A stretch of 64,000 nucleotides of DNA, taken from a virus. Its lineage: Duplodnaviria; Caudoviricetes. The stretch is taken from IMG/VR virus record IMGVR_UViG_3300028591_000117, positions 32,001 to 96,000 of that record. One strand, 5' to 3'. Of this stretch, positions 1 to 9,714 are shown piece by piece. The notes under the pieces were generated by a model. It saw only the letters and a list, made by a program, of their open reading frames with translations, was not told the DNA's origin and did not search any database. How positions within the stretch are numbered: position 1 is the first letter of the stretch; every line of letters begins with the position of its first letter. The position numbers were made by a program, and so were the translations under genes.

Positions 1-347
1 ACTCTTAGCTGAGCTAATAGCTTAGCACAGTTATCACAAGGAAATAAAGTTACATATACAGTTGAGTTTTTAAAATCTTTTACAGAACCTCCATAGTTAG
101 TTACAGCATTCATTTCAGCGTGACACATATAAGGATATTTTTGTTTAATATATGGTAGTGAAGTATCTCTACTCCAAGGTACCTTATTATCATCAAAATC
201 TCTAGGAGCTCCATTATAACCAATACTCATTATCTTATTATCTTCACTAACAAATACAGCTCCAACTTGAGTACTAGGGTCTTTACTTCTTAAAGCTGAT
301 ATTTGAGCTATATACATATAGTACTCATTCCAAGTTATTCTATCCAT
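1..347 (-). CDS. dCMP deaminase (3' end runs off the window)
   Basis: Not in the ORF track. Manual translation gives MDRITWNEYYMYIAQISALRSKDPSTQVGA...GYNG...CHAEMNA...TLFPCDNCAK, with the HAE and PCxxC zinc-deaminase motifs. Confidence 0.93.
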   Translation of the reverse strand, partial: MDRITWNEYYMYIAQISALRSKDPSTQVGAVFVSEDNKIMSIGYNGAPRDFDDNKVPWSRDTSLPYIKQKYPYMCHAEMNAVTNYGGSVKDFKNSTVYVTLFPCDNCAKLLAQLR

Positions 348-361
348 ACTTTACCTACTTT

Positions 362-817
362 CTACCAGTTTAAATGGTCTATTATCTCAGCAAATAATCT
401 TTGAATTCTTTTTCTTTCTTTAACCCACTTCTCTATTTCTTTTATATACTCATCATGTCTATCTTTATAATCATTTATATCTATAAAATCATCTTTTTTA
501 GGATAGTATACAGTTTCCATCCAATTAAGTATTTCATCTATAGCTTGTTGAACTGTCATTTCTTTATTCTCAAAAGTGATATTTTCAGCAGTAAAATCAA
601 CTATATTTACTCTATTAAACATTTCTAAATGAATATACATATAATCCATAAAGTCTTCAGACCAGTTCCAAGTAGCTCTTTCATCTATTCCATATTCTTC
701 TCTTTGTTTCTTCCATTCTTCGTATCTATTATCTTCAGTTTCACCTTCAACTTGCCAATTCATATAACAATCTTCAGGTTTTACTCCTAAATCTTCTAAA
801 GCTTTATATCTATTCAT
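362..817 (-). CDS. hypothetical protein
   Basis: ORF track 362..844. The AGAGGTG RBS favours the ATG at 817. Confidence 0.6.
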   Translation of the reverse strand: MNRYKALEDLGVKPEDCYMNWQVEGETEDNRYEEWKKQREEYGIDERATWNWSEDFMDYMYIHLEMFNRVNIVDFTAENITFENKEMTVQQAIDEILNWMETVYYPKKDDFIDINDYKDRHDEYIKEIEKWVKERKRIQRLFAEIIDHLNW

Positions 818-1394
818 TGTCAACACCTCTAGCCTTTTTATCATGATTATTATATTCTTTAATAGCTTTATCTACTAACTCTTCAGTTGCAATATCTTCT
901 CTTCCAAAGTTCTTTAATAACTTAATAACTCCTTCAGTAAATACTGGTTTTTTCATTCTGACTAAGTTTCCTATTAATATTCTAATAGTATCTAAACTAT
1001 CTCCATAGATAAGTTCTCTAGTAGAATAAACATTAGTTATAGCTTCTCTCTCACTCTTACATTTATTATATTTAGCTCTGTTATGAGCTGCTTTTTTATT
1101 TGACACAATAGTATGTTCATCTTGGTCACACTTAAAAACACGACAAATTTTAGGTTTTACTTCATATATTTTACAAATTCTCTTATCAAAGTCTCTAAAA
1201 GGACACATTAAGTTTACACTTTCTTTTCCTTTATAATTAAAGTAAACATCAGAATATGGTTGTATTTGTTTTTCTTTAACATAAGCTCTTATTAATTTTA
1301 CTTCATTATAAGTTAATGGTATAAGTTCTGTACAACATTGACCACATCCTGAACATTTTCCATTTATAGTAAAACTAACACAGTCTGATTTCAT
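810..1394 (-). CDS. YkgJ-family (CxxCxxCC) Fe-S/Zn cluster protein
   Basis: CSGCGQCC...CPF...CKIYEVKPKICRVF cysteine pattern. Confidence 0.85.
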   Translation of the reverse strand: MKSDCVSFTINGKCSGCGQCCTELIPLTYNEVKLIRAYVKEKQIQPYSDVYFNYKGKESVNLMCPFRDFDKRICKIYEVKPKICRVFKCDQDEHTIVSNKKAAHNRAKYNKCKSEREAITNVYSTRELIYGDSLDTIRILIGNLVRMKKPVFTEGVIKLLKNFGREDIATEELVDKAIKEYNNHDKKARGVDNE

Positions 1395-1933
1395 TATAAA
1401 TCTCCTCTAGAAATAGACCAAACTTCATTATTTTCAGATATTCCTACATTATAAACAACTGTAGCTCCAACAACTGTTCCACCTGCAAGTTCTACTAATT
1501 TTTTACAAGCATTATAAGTTCCACCAGTTGCGAATACATCATCAACAAACATAATTCTTTTTCCTTCATAATCAGATAATGGTAAATCTAAAGAAGTTGT
1601 AGAATACTCAGTATCATATTTTACTATAGAAGACACACAGTCAACAGGCAGTTTACCTGACTTTCTAACAGGTACTAATGAACAGTTCATTAATGTAGCT
1701 ACTCCCATACCCCAAAGAAATCCTCTAGCATCTGGACATATAATAGCATCAATATCTCCTACATCATTTTCAATATGATTTACCATTTTAGATAATATAT
1801 TCATACGATAATTAGTATTAATTAAACTTGGAGTTAAGTCTATAAATCTAACTCCTTTGCTTGGAAAATCTTCTGTTACTCTATATGATATTCCATAATT
1901 TGTATTATTTATTAATATTTTTTCCATACTCAA
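1394..1933 (-). CDS. apt: adenine phosphoribosyltransferase
   Basis: DFPSKGVRFIDLTP, DARGF, VRKSGKLP, YDTEYS and the PRPP-binding VDDVFATGGT motif. Confidence 0.92.
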   Translation of the reverse strand: MSMEKILINNTNYGISYRVTEDFPSKGVRFIDLTPSLINTNYRMNILSKMVNHIENDVGDIDAIICPDARGFLWGMGVATLMNCSLVPVRKSGKLPVDCVSSIVKYDTEYSTTSLDLPLSDYEGKRIMFVDDVFATGGTYNACKKLVELAGGTVVGATVVYNVGISENNEVWSISRGDL

Positions 1934-2445
1934 TCTCCTTCCACAGTTTCTAACTTATTTATCTTAGTTAAATATATCTGTATAGCATTGTTCTTGGCTT
2001 TTAGCTCAGTAGGTCCAACTCCAAAATTTTGAAAAACATCATCAATAAATAAACCAGCTACTATATTTACATTATCTTTTTGAACTATCTCTAAAGAAAC
2101 ATCATCTTTATTAATAACTCTGTATAATTGCATTAAATCTTTATTTTCTCTAATAACACTTGCAAAATTATCTTTTACTGGTAAGTATTTATTAGGAACA
2201 GGAAAGACAGTAATTATCAAGTTATTTTTATAAATAAAAATATTATTATCATATACTTTAACTCCAATATTTTTATGTTTCTTCTTTTTAACTTCTAAAT
2301 AATCTTTAAACTCTCCAGCAAAGTGTGTTGATGGATGACCATATCTTAAAGCTCTATTAAATAACTGATTTCTCTTTGATTTATAAGCAACATCTAGTCT
2401 CTCTTTGGCTCGAAATTTAGCATGTTGACTTACTCTAACAGCCAT
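1930..2445 (-). CDS. putative RNase-fold (SxHAxxR) protein with C-terminal dsRBD-like segment
   Basis: N-terminal VSQHAKFRAKERL...LIITVF; C-terminal GLFIDDVFQNFGVGPTELKAKNNA resembles dsRBD beta3-helix2. GGAGGAGG RBS precedes the ATG at 2445. Confidence 0.4.
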   Translation of the reverse strand: MAVRVSQHAKFRAKERLDVAYKSKRNQLFNRALRYGHPSTHFAGEFKDYLEVKKKKHKNIGVKVYDNNIFIYKNNLIITVFPVPNKYLPVKDNFASVIRENKDLMQLYRVINKDDVSLEIVQKDNVNIVAGLFIDDVFQNFGVGPTELKAKNNAIQIYLTKINKLETVEGD

Positions 2446-2494
2446 GTAAATATTCACCTCCTCCATATTAAATAATATGAAACAATGTTAATAC

Positions 2495-3007
2495 TTACTT
2501 ATTTACTTCTTTATAAATATCATTATTTTTATATCTCTCATCAATTTCATTTAAAACATCTATCATTTTTTCATTTTTAGTATGAGCTCGTTCTTCATCT
2601 ACTAAAAATGCATTTATCTGAGTTAGCTCATCATCAGTAGCTTCACATACAGACTTCTTAATCATCTTTATAGCATGACAAATTTCTTTTTTAGTGATTT
2701 GTCTATTCTCAATCATATCTAAAAGCCTATCTGTTTTAAACATATATTCTCTATTAATAGATGAAATACATTCATAAATCTTAACTATATTGCTCCTTAT
2801 AACATCATAGTCTTTTCTGTGACAATCTAAGAAATGCTCTACAGTTCCATAAGTTGTTATTATACCTTTATAGTCTTTATCCCAAACATCATTTATTTGT
2901 TCTATAACTGTTCCAGCTTTATCTTTGTACTCTCTATTCTTTAAATATAAATGTAATATAATAAATGGTGAAATAAAAAACCATATTGTAAAAAAATTAA
3001 ATTCCAT
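2495..3007 (-). CDS. hypothetical membrane-anchored protein
   Basis: Hydrophobic N-terminus FFTIWFFISPFIILHLYL. Confidence 0.6.
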   Translation of the reverse strand: MEFNFFTIWFFISPFIILHLYLKNREYKDKAGTVIEQINDVWDKDYKGIITTYGTVEHFLDCHRKDYDVIRSNIVKIYECISSINREYMFKTDRLLDMIENRQITKKEICHAIKMIKKSVCEATDDELTQINAFLVDEERAHTKNEKMIDVLNEIDERYKNNDIYKEVNK

Positions 3008-3014
3008 AATCTCC

Positions 3015-3245
3015 TCAAATCTTTCTTCTTAATGATATAAAGTTCTTATTTAAATTCTCTTTAGTTAACATTAATTCACTAATTAATTTATCTAAAGTCT
3101 CTGCAGATATTTCATAGTCTTCTTCTTTTGTTTTATTTAATAATGGCTTAATACCAAAATCAATAATTCCTAGTATATCTTCTGCATTTATTCTTATCTT
3201 ATCAATTATAGCTGCTAAATTATCATTTAATTCCATAATACCCAA
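3015..3245 (-). CDS. hypothetical protein
   Basis: ORF with RBS, downstream of an extended -10 promoter. Confidence 0.55.
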   Translation of the reverse strand: MGIMELNDNLAAIIDKIRINAEDILGIIDFGIKPLLNKTKEEDYEISAETLDKLISELMLTKENLNKNFISLRRKI

Positions 3246-3261
3246 CCTCCTTAGCTCTGAA

Positions 3262-3298
3262 TATTATATCATATATTTATATAATATTTATTGGTAAT
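3262..3298 (-). promoter_or_regulatory. sigma70/sigmaA-type promoter (TTACCA...TGATATAAT)
   Basis: Minus strand reads ttacca-ataaattatataaatata-tgatataat upstream of 3245. Confidence 0.5.
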
Positions 3299-3307
3299 TT
3301 TTGGTAA

Positions 3308-3751
3308 TTATTTATTTTTCATAGTTAAATATAAATCTACCTTAAACCTATCTTTAGAACTAACTATAGGAACTCCTTTATATGTAGGAAGTTCACGCTG
3401 ATGACCTGCAATTAAAAAATCTCTAGGTTCCATATATAATAATTTAGCTATATGCTCATCTTCAATAGAATATACAAAGTAAGCTTTTCCATAAACAAAA
3501 TCAAATATCTTATCTGATATTAAATCAACTCTGTATAAATTATCTCCTATAGGTACACCTATTGTTTTACCAGCTCTAATATTAGAAGCAAGATTAAATA
3601 TAAAATCTTTATATGCTAACATATTGTATTGTCTTAAACATCTTGCATACTTATTAAAAGTATTTTCATCTTCATAAGTAATTCTAACACTTTTGCTAGC
3701 ATCAAACTTAGAAATATTCATAACTCCATTTTTATCTTCTTGCTTACTCAT
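3308..3751 (-). CDS. hypothetical protein
   Basis: ORF track; coupled to neighbouring genes. Confidence 0.6.
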   Translation of the reverse strand: MSKQEDKNGVMNISKFDASKSVRITYEDENTFNKYARCLRQYNMLAYKDFIFNLASNIRAGKTIGVPIGDNLYRVDLISDKIFDFVYGKAYFVYSIEDEHIAKLLYMEPRDFLIAGHQRELPTYKGVPIVSSKDRFKVDLYLTMKNK

Positions 3752-4085
3752 ATTTCAATTTCTCCTCAAGTTCTCTAGGGTCTGTTAATATCTCATAAGT
3801 TACATCTTCAGTATTTAAATTAGTTTGTATATCTCCTAAAATAGTAAGTTGAAATTCTACAGCTATATTTTTAAGATACTCATGCCTTTCTTCATCACTA
3901 TCAAATCGACCTTTAAAATCATCATTAAAATAATACTTATAAATACAAGTTCCATTAACATCAGGATATTCTGCAATTAACATACCCCATCTAAGTCTAA
4001 TATATCCACAAAGTTCTCCATTAGAACGATAAACATCATACTGCTCAGGACAAGCATAACAAGTATTTAAAAAATAAAATTTCAT
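3744..4085 (-). CDS. conserved phage hypothetical protein
   Basis: CxACPEQYDV...GYIRLRWG motif, which I recognise from other large phages. Confidence 0.6.
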   Translation of the reverse strand: MKFYFLNTCYACPEQYDVYRSNGELCGYIRLRWGMLIAEYPDVNGTCIYKYYFNDDFKGRFDSDEERHEYLKNIAVEFQLTILGDIQTNLNTEDVTYEILTDPRELEEKLKYE

Positions 4086-4231
4086 AATTCACTCTCCTTC
4101 TTAAGCACAAATAATAATGCTTCCTTCATTCCTTCATATTTAACTCTCTTAATTGGACTTTGTTCTTTTTTAATAAGCTTTTCTAATAAATTAAGTTGAT
4201 ATAATATCTCAAGAAATAACTCATCTTTCAC
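4082..4231 (-). CDS. small hypothetical protein (49 aa, GTG start)
   Basis: Manual translation VKDELFLEILYQLNLLEKLIKK...KKESEL*. It fills the gap and overlaps both neighbours. Confidence 0.55.
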   Translation of the reverse strand: MKDELFLEILYQLNLLEKLIKKEQSPIKRVKYEGMKEALLFVLKKESEL

Positions 4232-4844
4232 TCATACCATCTTCAATTGACTCAAATACACTAAATCTTGGAAACATCTCTAAAATATCTTTAGTAGTTT
4301 TAGCTTCAGGTCTATATCTCATATAAGTTGCTATCGCATACATAAATGCGTCAGCTTCTCCATCAGTTATATTTAAAGTCTTCTTAGTTCTTGATTTAAT
4401 TACCTTAACACTATAACCAACACTCTCTAAATATTCTATAATTTTATTAACAACTTCTATTGTATCTTGCTTTGTATAACTCTTCTTATGATGAAATGAT
4501 TTTAGTTTCATTGGATGATAAGTCATTATTTGTTCATAGGAGCTCTCTTTTCCACATTCTAAATAAAAATATAGTCCTAAAGCATTAAGTTTCCCAGAAT
4601 TAATCCCAGATGCTATAGGAGCTTCTTGAGCAATATAAGTTCCTTTATCAAATAGAAAATACTGATATTTTCCTTTAAACTCTTCCCAAAGATTTGCTAT
4701 AGACCAGCTCATTAATACAAAATTATGATGATTGTCTGCTGATAAATCATCTAAATAGATAGTTTGTGTCTTAGTATCTATAACAGCTACTCCAAAATGA
4801 GAAAAAGATGGGTCTAATCCAATATAACAACTACCTTTTGTCAT
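4221..4844 (-). CDS. RuvC-like Holliday junction resolvase
   Basis: YIGLDPSFSHFGVAVID, QEAP and DGEADA acidic catalytic motifs. Confidence 0.8.
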   Translation of the reverse strand: MTKGSCYIGLDPSFSHFGVAVIDTKTQTIYLDDLSADNHHNFVLMSWSIANLWEEFKGKYQYFLFDKGTYIAQEAPIASGINSGKLNALGLYFYLECGKESSYEQIMTYHPMKLKSFHHKKSYTKQDTIEVVNKIIEYLESVGYSVKVIKSRTKKTLNITDGEADAFMYAIATYMRYRPEAKTTKDILEMFPRFSVFESIEDGMSER

Positions 4845-5322
4845 CTCTTAACCTCAGTGCAGCTGTGAATATAGAATTCAAACTGTCTAAATTTTCATGA
4901 GTATAATCATTATATGCAGACTCTAATAATATCATCATATCTTTATCAGTTAATTTATACCATTCTTTATCATCTAAATTATAATAGTAATTTAAAGTTA
5001 TATGTTTAGATGCTATTGGAATTATATTAATAGTATTTATTAATAAATCTTGTCTTGATTTTAAAGATATTCTCTTACTTCTAGATTTATTATAATTATC
5101 AATAAATTGTTTAATATACTGTATATATTCATCAATAACAGTAATCTCCTTGTCTTTCTCTACAACAAGTTCATCTTCTCGTTGCTTTATAGCTAAGTTT
5201 TTAATTATCTCCTCTTTCTTTGTTTTTCTAAACTTCTTTAGCAAATATCTATGTTTTTCAAAAAATAACTCTAAATGAACTATTATAAAAATTGTAAGCA
5301 TTAATATTTCTAATGTACTCAT
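4831..5322 (-). CDS. hypothetical membrane-anchored protein
   Basis: N-terminal hydrophobic helix. Confidence 0.55.
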   Translation of the reverse strand: MSTLEILMLTIFIIVHLELFFEKHRYLLKKFRKTKKEEIIKNLAIKQREDELVVEKDKEITVIDEYIQYIKQFIDNYNKSRSKRISLKSRQDLLINTINIIPIASKHITLNYYYNLDDKEWYKLTDKDMMILLESAYNDYTHENLDSLNSIFTAALRLRDDKR

Positions 5323-5343
5323 TCTAATTCCTCCTTATATTAC

Positions 5344-5378
5344 TATTATATGAAAAAAGAAGCTTTAAGCTTCTTTTT
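5344..5378 (-). terminator. intrinsic terminator fused to a TTCATATAATA promoter
   Basis: aaaaagaagctt/aagcttcttttt hairpin, followed on the minus strand by ttcatataata (5344-5354). Confidence 0.75.
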
Positions 5379-5384
5379 AAATAA

Positions 5385-6458
5385 TTACATCCAAGGATTT
5401 GTATTACTTCCTTGAGTAATATTATTATACTGTCCTCCAAATGTTGTTGAACTATTGCCATTATAAAATGGTTGTCCTGGAGGTATACTACCCATACCAT
5501 AAGGTTGTTGATAATTACCTTGAGTTATAGGAGTATTAAAAGTATAAGAACTTGGAGCGGCTCCTTGAGTTGGAGTATTTTGTTGGTTCTTATACTTAGA
5601 AGCATCATAAGCTGCATAAGCTGCTTGATATTCTTCTCTAGTAATAACACGTCCACAAGCTTTACAAATATTTTCAGGAGTTCCTACTTCTTTCCACAAA
5701 GCTTCAATTTCAGCTGCATTAGGAACTTGATTAATTAGACTATCTTGTCTAACTGTAAAATTGAAAGACTTATATGTAGGATTATCTACTGTTGCAAAGA
5801 TATCTCCTTGAGTTAATATTACTCCAGCTAGACCAGCTTGAGTTTGTAAATCTTGGAATTGCTTATAACCTAAAACTAAAGTTTTTAATTCAGCTTTTTG
5901 TCCAGGTATTAAAGCATTAGGATTTCCTTGAACTGTAGGATAAACTACTATAGGAATAACTACTCTTAGTTTTGGTTGTTCATGAGTTCCACAGCAAGGT
6001 TCTCCTGGAGTACCATAAACGTCTCTTAAACATACAAAGTTATGTCCTTTTTCTGCATCCCAATGAACATGAACTTGAGATGGACTAACATTAGGTAACA
6101 TGTGTATTCTAAATGTTTCACCTTTATCTCCAGTTAATCGTTCTAAAGGATTTCTTTCAAATAGAGGTTTGTTAATATCAAACTCTAAGTTTGCATAGTT
6201 AAACTGTGAAGCTTGTTGAGCTGCTTGGTTAGTATTAACCATAGCTGGTTGATTTTGGATTGGTTGTTGGTATTGAGGTTGTGATACTTGAGCTTCCATT
6301 TGAACTGGAGCTTGTACCATATTATTTACATTAAAACTTTGATTATTCATTGGTATTTGATTATTCATTTCACTTATATTTTCATTTACTTTATTTATAG
6401 GTTGTTGCATAATTGTACTTTGACTTTCTAAAGTCGCTAATTCTTCTTCTAAATTCAT
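5385..6458 (-). CDS. gp32-like single-stranded DNA-binding protein with Q/N-rich termini
   Basis: Core HVHW...FVCL...PCC...RVVIPIVVY resembles phage gp32-type SSB zinc ligands; lies next to RuvC. Confidence 0.6.
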   Translation of the reverse strand: MNLEEELATLESQSTIMQQPINKVNENISEMNNQIPMNNQSFNVNNMVQAPVQMEAQVSQPQYQQPIQNQPAMVNTNQAAQQASQFNYANLEFDINKPLFERNPLERLTGDKGETFRIHMLPNVSPSQVHVHWDAEKGHNFVCLRDVYGTPGEPCCGTHEQPKLRVVIPIVVYPTVQGNPNALIPGQKAELKTLVLGYKQFQDLQTQAGLAGVILTQGDIFATVDNPTYKSFNFTVRQDSLINQVPNAAEIEALWKEVGTPENICKACGRVITREEYQAAYAAYDASKYKNQQNTPTQGAAPSSYTFNTPITQGNYQQPYGMGSIPPGQPFYNGNSSTTFGGQYNNITQGSNTNPWM

Positions 6459-6519
6459 ATACTTTCCTCCTTAATTATTTTTTCAATACCTTCAATCAAC
6501 TAACATTCCTCCTATAATA

Positions 6520-7029
6520 TTATATGATTTCTTCTTTATTATCTTCTATATCTTTAATATATTCTTCATCAGTTAAATCTTCTTTTAAACCTGATTTAAT
6601 CTCTTTAGCTAATTTAGTTGCTTCTTCAATATTGTTATTAGATAAATCGTCTACAAACTTCTTAACTAATACTGCAAGTTCTTCATTAGCTATTAAAGAA
6701 TTATTATAAATATCTATTATTCCTTTATAGCAGTATCTTGGAACTTCATCAGTTCTTCTAGCTAGTAACTTTAAGAAATCAATTCCAAAAGTATTATATC
6801 CATTTAATAGTATTTGACCAAACTTAGTATACATAGGGTCATACGAAGCTTCTTTCTTCTCTGGAAACCTAGCATCAACAAGTTCAATTATATTTGACAT
6901 CTCTTCTGGAGTCTTATCATAATAAGCATCAATATCTTCTTCCTCATTCATTATAGCAAATAATAACTTAATTACTGAGTCTGTATTTCTTACTAAATTA
7001 TCTAATTGTTCTTCATGCATGTTATTCAC
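6520..7029 (-). CDS. hypothetical protein
   Basis: ORF track. Confidence 0.55.
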   Translation of the reverse strand: MNNMHEEQLDNLVRNTDSVIKLLFAIMNEEEDIDAYYDKTPEEMSNIIELVDARFPEKKEASYDPMYTKFGQILLNGYNTFGIDFLKLLARRTDEVPRYCYKGIIDIYNNSLIANEELAVLVKKFVDDLSNNNIEEATKLAKEIKSGLKEDLTDEEYIKDIEDNKEEII

Positions 7030-7306
7030 CTCCTAGCATTTTATTGTATTCTTCATTAGGAATGCATCCACGAACATCTTTAAATGATATAAAATAGTAC
7101 CCAGATAAATATTCTTCTTTAGCATATCTCTTTATAATTACTATATCTCCAACGCTAACATAGTTTAATGCTTCATCTGAAGCTGCTTCAACTTCACAAA
7201 ACATGTATGGACTATCTTGGTCATATCTAGTCATAACTCCATTAATAATCATGTCATCTTGTAACTCTGAAACTAAAATATTATCATTAAATAGTTTAAT
7301 ATTCAT
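7022..7306 (-). CDS. groES: GroES-like co-chaperonin
   Basis: 94 aa. IKLFNDNILV...GV...VSVGDIVIIKRYA...YFISFKDVRG matches the Cpn10 layout; a GroEL gene is nearby. Confidence 0.75.
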   Translation of the reverse strand: MNIKLFNDNILVSELQDDMIINGVMTRYDQDSPYMFCEVEAASDEALNYVSVGDIVIIKRYAKEEYLSGYYFISFKDVRGCIPNEEYNKMLGGE

Positions 7307-7322
7307 ATACTACCTCCTAGTT

Positions 7323-7355
7323 TATTATATGAAAAAAGAGGACTTATTTGTCCTC
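7323..7355 (-). terminator. terminator fused to a TTCATATAATA promoter
   Basis: gaggac-ttattt-gtcctc hairpin plus U-tract; motif at 7323-7333. Confidence 0.7.
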
Positions 7356-8030
7356 ATAAAAAACCTCTCGTGCAAGATTTATAGTTAATTTCTTTATTTC
7401 ACTCATATTTTTAAATTCTATATTAGTATTATCTTTTTTCTTAAATACTTTATCTTTCATCTCAGATATTTTATAACCTGCTATTATCCAATCAAGAACT
7501 TTAGATGTAGACAACTTTTTCTTTTCATTAAAAGCTCCTATATAATAGTATTCTTTAAAAGTTTGATGTTTTATAGACTCTAAAGTTAATTTTAATTCAA
7601 TTTGACTCTCAATAGACTCTTCATTACTCGCAATAATGTCAGATAATGTAGTATTTTTATCTCCATCTTGCTGAATAGTTCTATCTAATGAGTCACATAA
7701 TGGTTTCTTAACTATATCTCTTGATATACATCTCATAGACATATTAACTGATGCTCTAATTAAATTTGAGATATAGCTCATAGTAATATTCTCTATTTTA
7801 GAAGCTTTAATAAAATGTCTTTCTAAATTTGATAAACCATCATCTTTTGTTCTTAAATATAAACCTCTGTAAACATCTAAAACTATGTGTTCTCTATCAC
7901 AACCATATAACTTTAAAGTAGGATAAAGTCCATAAAACTTATTAACATAGAAATTAACTAACCTCACAACATCCCCCTGAATATCTTCGTACTTTCTTCC
8001 TGCTATCTCAGCAGTCTGCAATTCATCCAT
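7344..8030 (-). CDS. divergent RNA polymerase sigma-factor-like protein
   Basis: DSLDRTIQQDGDKNTTLSDII resembles sigma region 3.2; C-terminal GYKISEM is HTH-like. Has its own extended -10 promoter (TGTTATAAT near 8182-8190). Confidence 0.55.
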   Translation of the reverse strand: MDELQTAEIAGRKYEDIQGDVVRLVNFYVNKFYGLYPTLKLYGCDREHIVLDVYRGLYLRTKDDGLSNLERHFIKASKIENITMSYISNLIRASVNMSMRCISRDIVKKPLCDSLDRTIQQDGDKNTTLSDIIASNEESIESQIELKLTLESIKHQTFKEYYYIGAFNEKKKLSTSKVLDWIIAGYKISEMKDKVFKKKDNTNIEFKNMSEIKKLTINLAREVFYEDK

Positions 8031-8274
8031 AATAACTACTCCTTATATTTCAGTTTATTTATATTTTAGCTCCTGAATTCTAAAATATAATTGTTGTGTT
8101 ATACATTTAAACAAGCACAGATTTTTAATAACCTCCTTCCAACCTATGTCAACTGCAGCTTCGATTATCTGTATAAATCCATTATAACATGATTTTCTAA
8201 AAAATAGCTAATAAAAAACTCCAATTTACATTGGAATTTTTTACCAAAGATACATATTGACATATCTCAAATAT

Positions 8275-9714
8275 CTATCTTATATTCTCCACAATCATTT
8301 CTTCAGTAGTTATTATTTGAGCAACAAGTGTAAAGCTATTTACAATTACTTGTTCTATAACTTTAGTAGCATCAAATATCTTTAAATCATCTGCTAATTT
8401 ATACTCTCCATTATCTGATATAACTAACCCATCTAAGTCAGGATTAATCTTTTCTTCACCAGTTATATTATATATAATTGTTTTATAAACTGACTCCATA
8501 GAGTCTCTAATAAACTCAGGAACACTGTCATCAGATAATGCTAATCTTTGATAAGTTATACCAGCTCCTATAGATATACCAGACTCTATTGCATTTCCTA
8601 AGCTATTAACAGCATCTTCTATTCTTCTATAGTTCTCTTCCATCTCAGCATTATTAGTTCCACCAACACGAATAATACATGTTTTAGTAGGTAATGTAAT
8701 ACTAGCTAAATCAGTAAAATCTTTATTATTAATTATAACAGTATCATTACTAATAAGCATATAGTCTATTTTACCTACTTTAATTAGATTTAATGCTTTA
8801 GGTAATCTAACTTCAACTCCATCTATAAGAGTTGTATCTGTATAAGTAGCTAATTGGTTCATGGTAGTTCTTGTTTGAACTCCTAAACTTCCTAAACGAA
8901 TAGGTATAATATCAGCATAACCTTTAACTATTTGTAGTTGCAAATTCTGTAAAATATCCATAGATAATTCATTATAAAATAATATTGCTTTCCTCTTTAA
9001 TCTGATTATTTGCTCAACAATTGGTTGTATCATGTTCCATCTATCTAACTTATCATAAACAAGATATACATCTACATCATTAAACTCTTTAGGTCCATGT
9101 TGAAATGTATCTTCAGGAACTATAACTTCAGCTTTATCTAAAACTATACCATCTTTTTTATCTAATACTATATTAGGAATATCACTTCTAACTACACTCG
9201 GTCTAAGTCCTTCAGGTAAAAACCTATAAGCTTCAGAAATAATATTAGCATACTTAGGACTTCCTAAAGATACTTTAGCTATAGACTCATAGTCATCATC
9301 AGTTATAGTTCTAGACATAAATTGATGTAATGTATCTATATAACTATCTCTAGTATCTTCAATAATATTTCTTAACTTTACTTTAGTTATTTTAGTATCT
9401 TCTAAATACTTCTTAGCACTTTGAAGTAACTTATAAGTAAGTATTGTAGTTGATGTAGTTCCATCACCAGCTTTTCTATTAGTTTCAAATGCAGCTAACT
9501 TAACTGTTTCAAGCGCTTCTGCTTCTGCTGGGTCTAAACTAGTTAACTTAGATAAAATTGAGTAACCATCATTAAGAATATCATGAGCTCCTCTTTTATT
9601 AACTACAGCAGTATTAGTTCCACCAGGTCCTAATGTATGAGATACAGCTCTATATGCTAGTCTTGCAGCATCAACATAGGTTTCTAATGGATTTTTATCA
9701 CTTAATATTTGCAT
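8275..9714 (-). CDS. groEL: phage GroEL-like chaperonin
   Basis: TLGPGG, NDG, AGDGTTSTTIL, IRVGG...IEDAVNS and GAG motifs; lacks the GGM tail. Confidence 0.92.
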   Translation of the reverse strand: MQILSDKNPLETYVDAARLAYRAVSHTLGPGGTNTAVVNKRGAHDILNDGYSILSKLTSLDPAEAEALETVKLAAFETNRKAGDGTTSTTILTYKLLQSAKKYLEDTKITKVKLRNIIEDTRDSYIDTLHQFMSRTITDDDYESIAKVSLGSPKYANIISEAYRFLPEGLRPSVVRSDIPNIVLDKKDGIVLDKAEVIVPEDTFQHGPKEFNDVDVYLVYDKLDRWNMIQPIVEQIIRLKRKAILFYNELSMDILQNLQLQIVKGYADIIPIRLGSLGVQTRTTMNQLATYTDTTLIDGVEVRLPKALNLIKVGKIDYMLISNDTVIINNKDFTDLASITLPTKTCIIRVGGTNNAEMEENYRRIEDAVNSLGNAIESGISIGAGITYQRLALSDDSVPEFIRDSMESVYKTIIYNITGEEKINPDLDGLVISDNGEYKLADDLKIFDATKVIEQVIVNSFTLVAQIITTEEMIVENIR

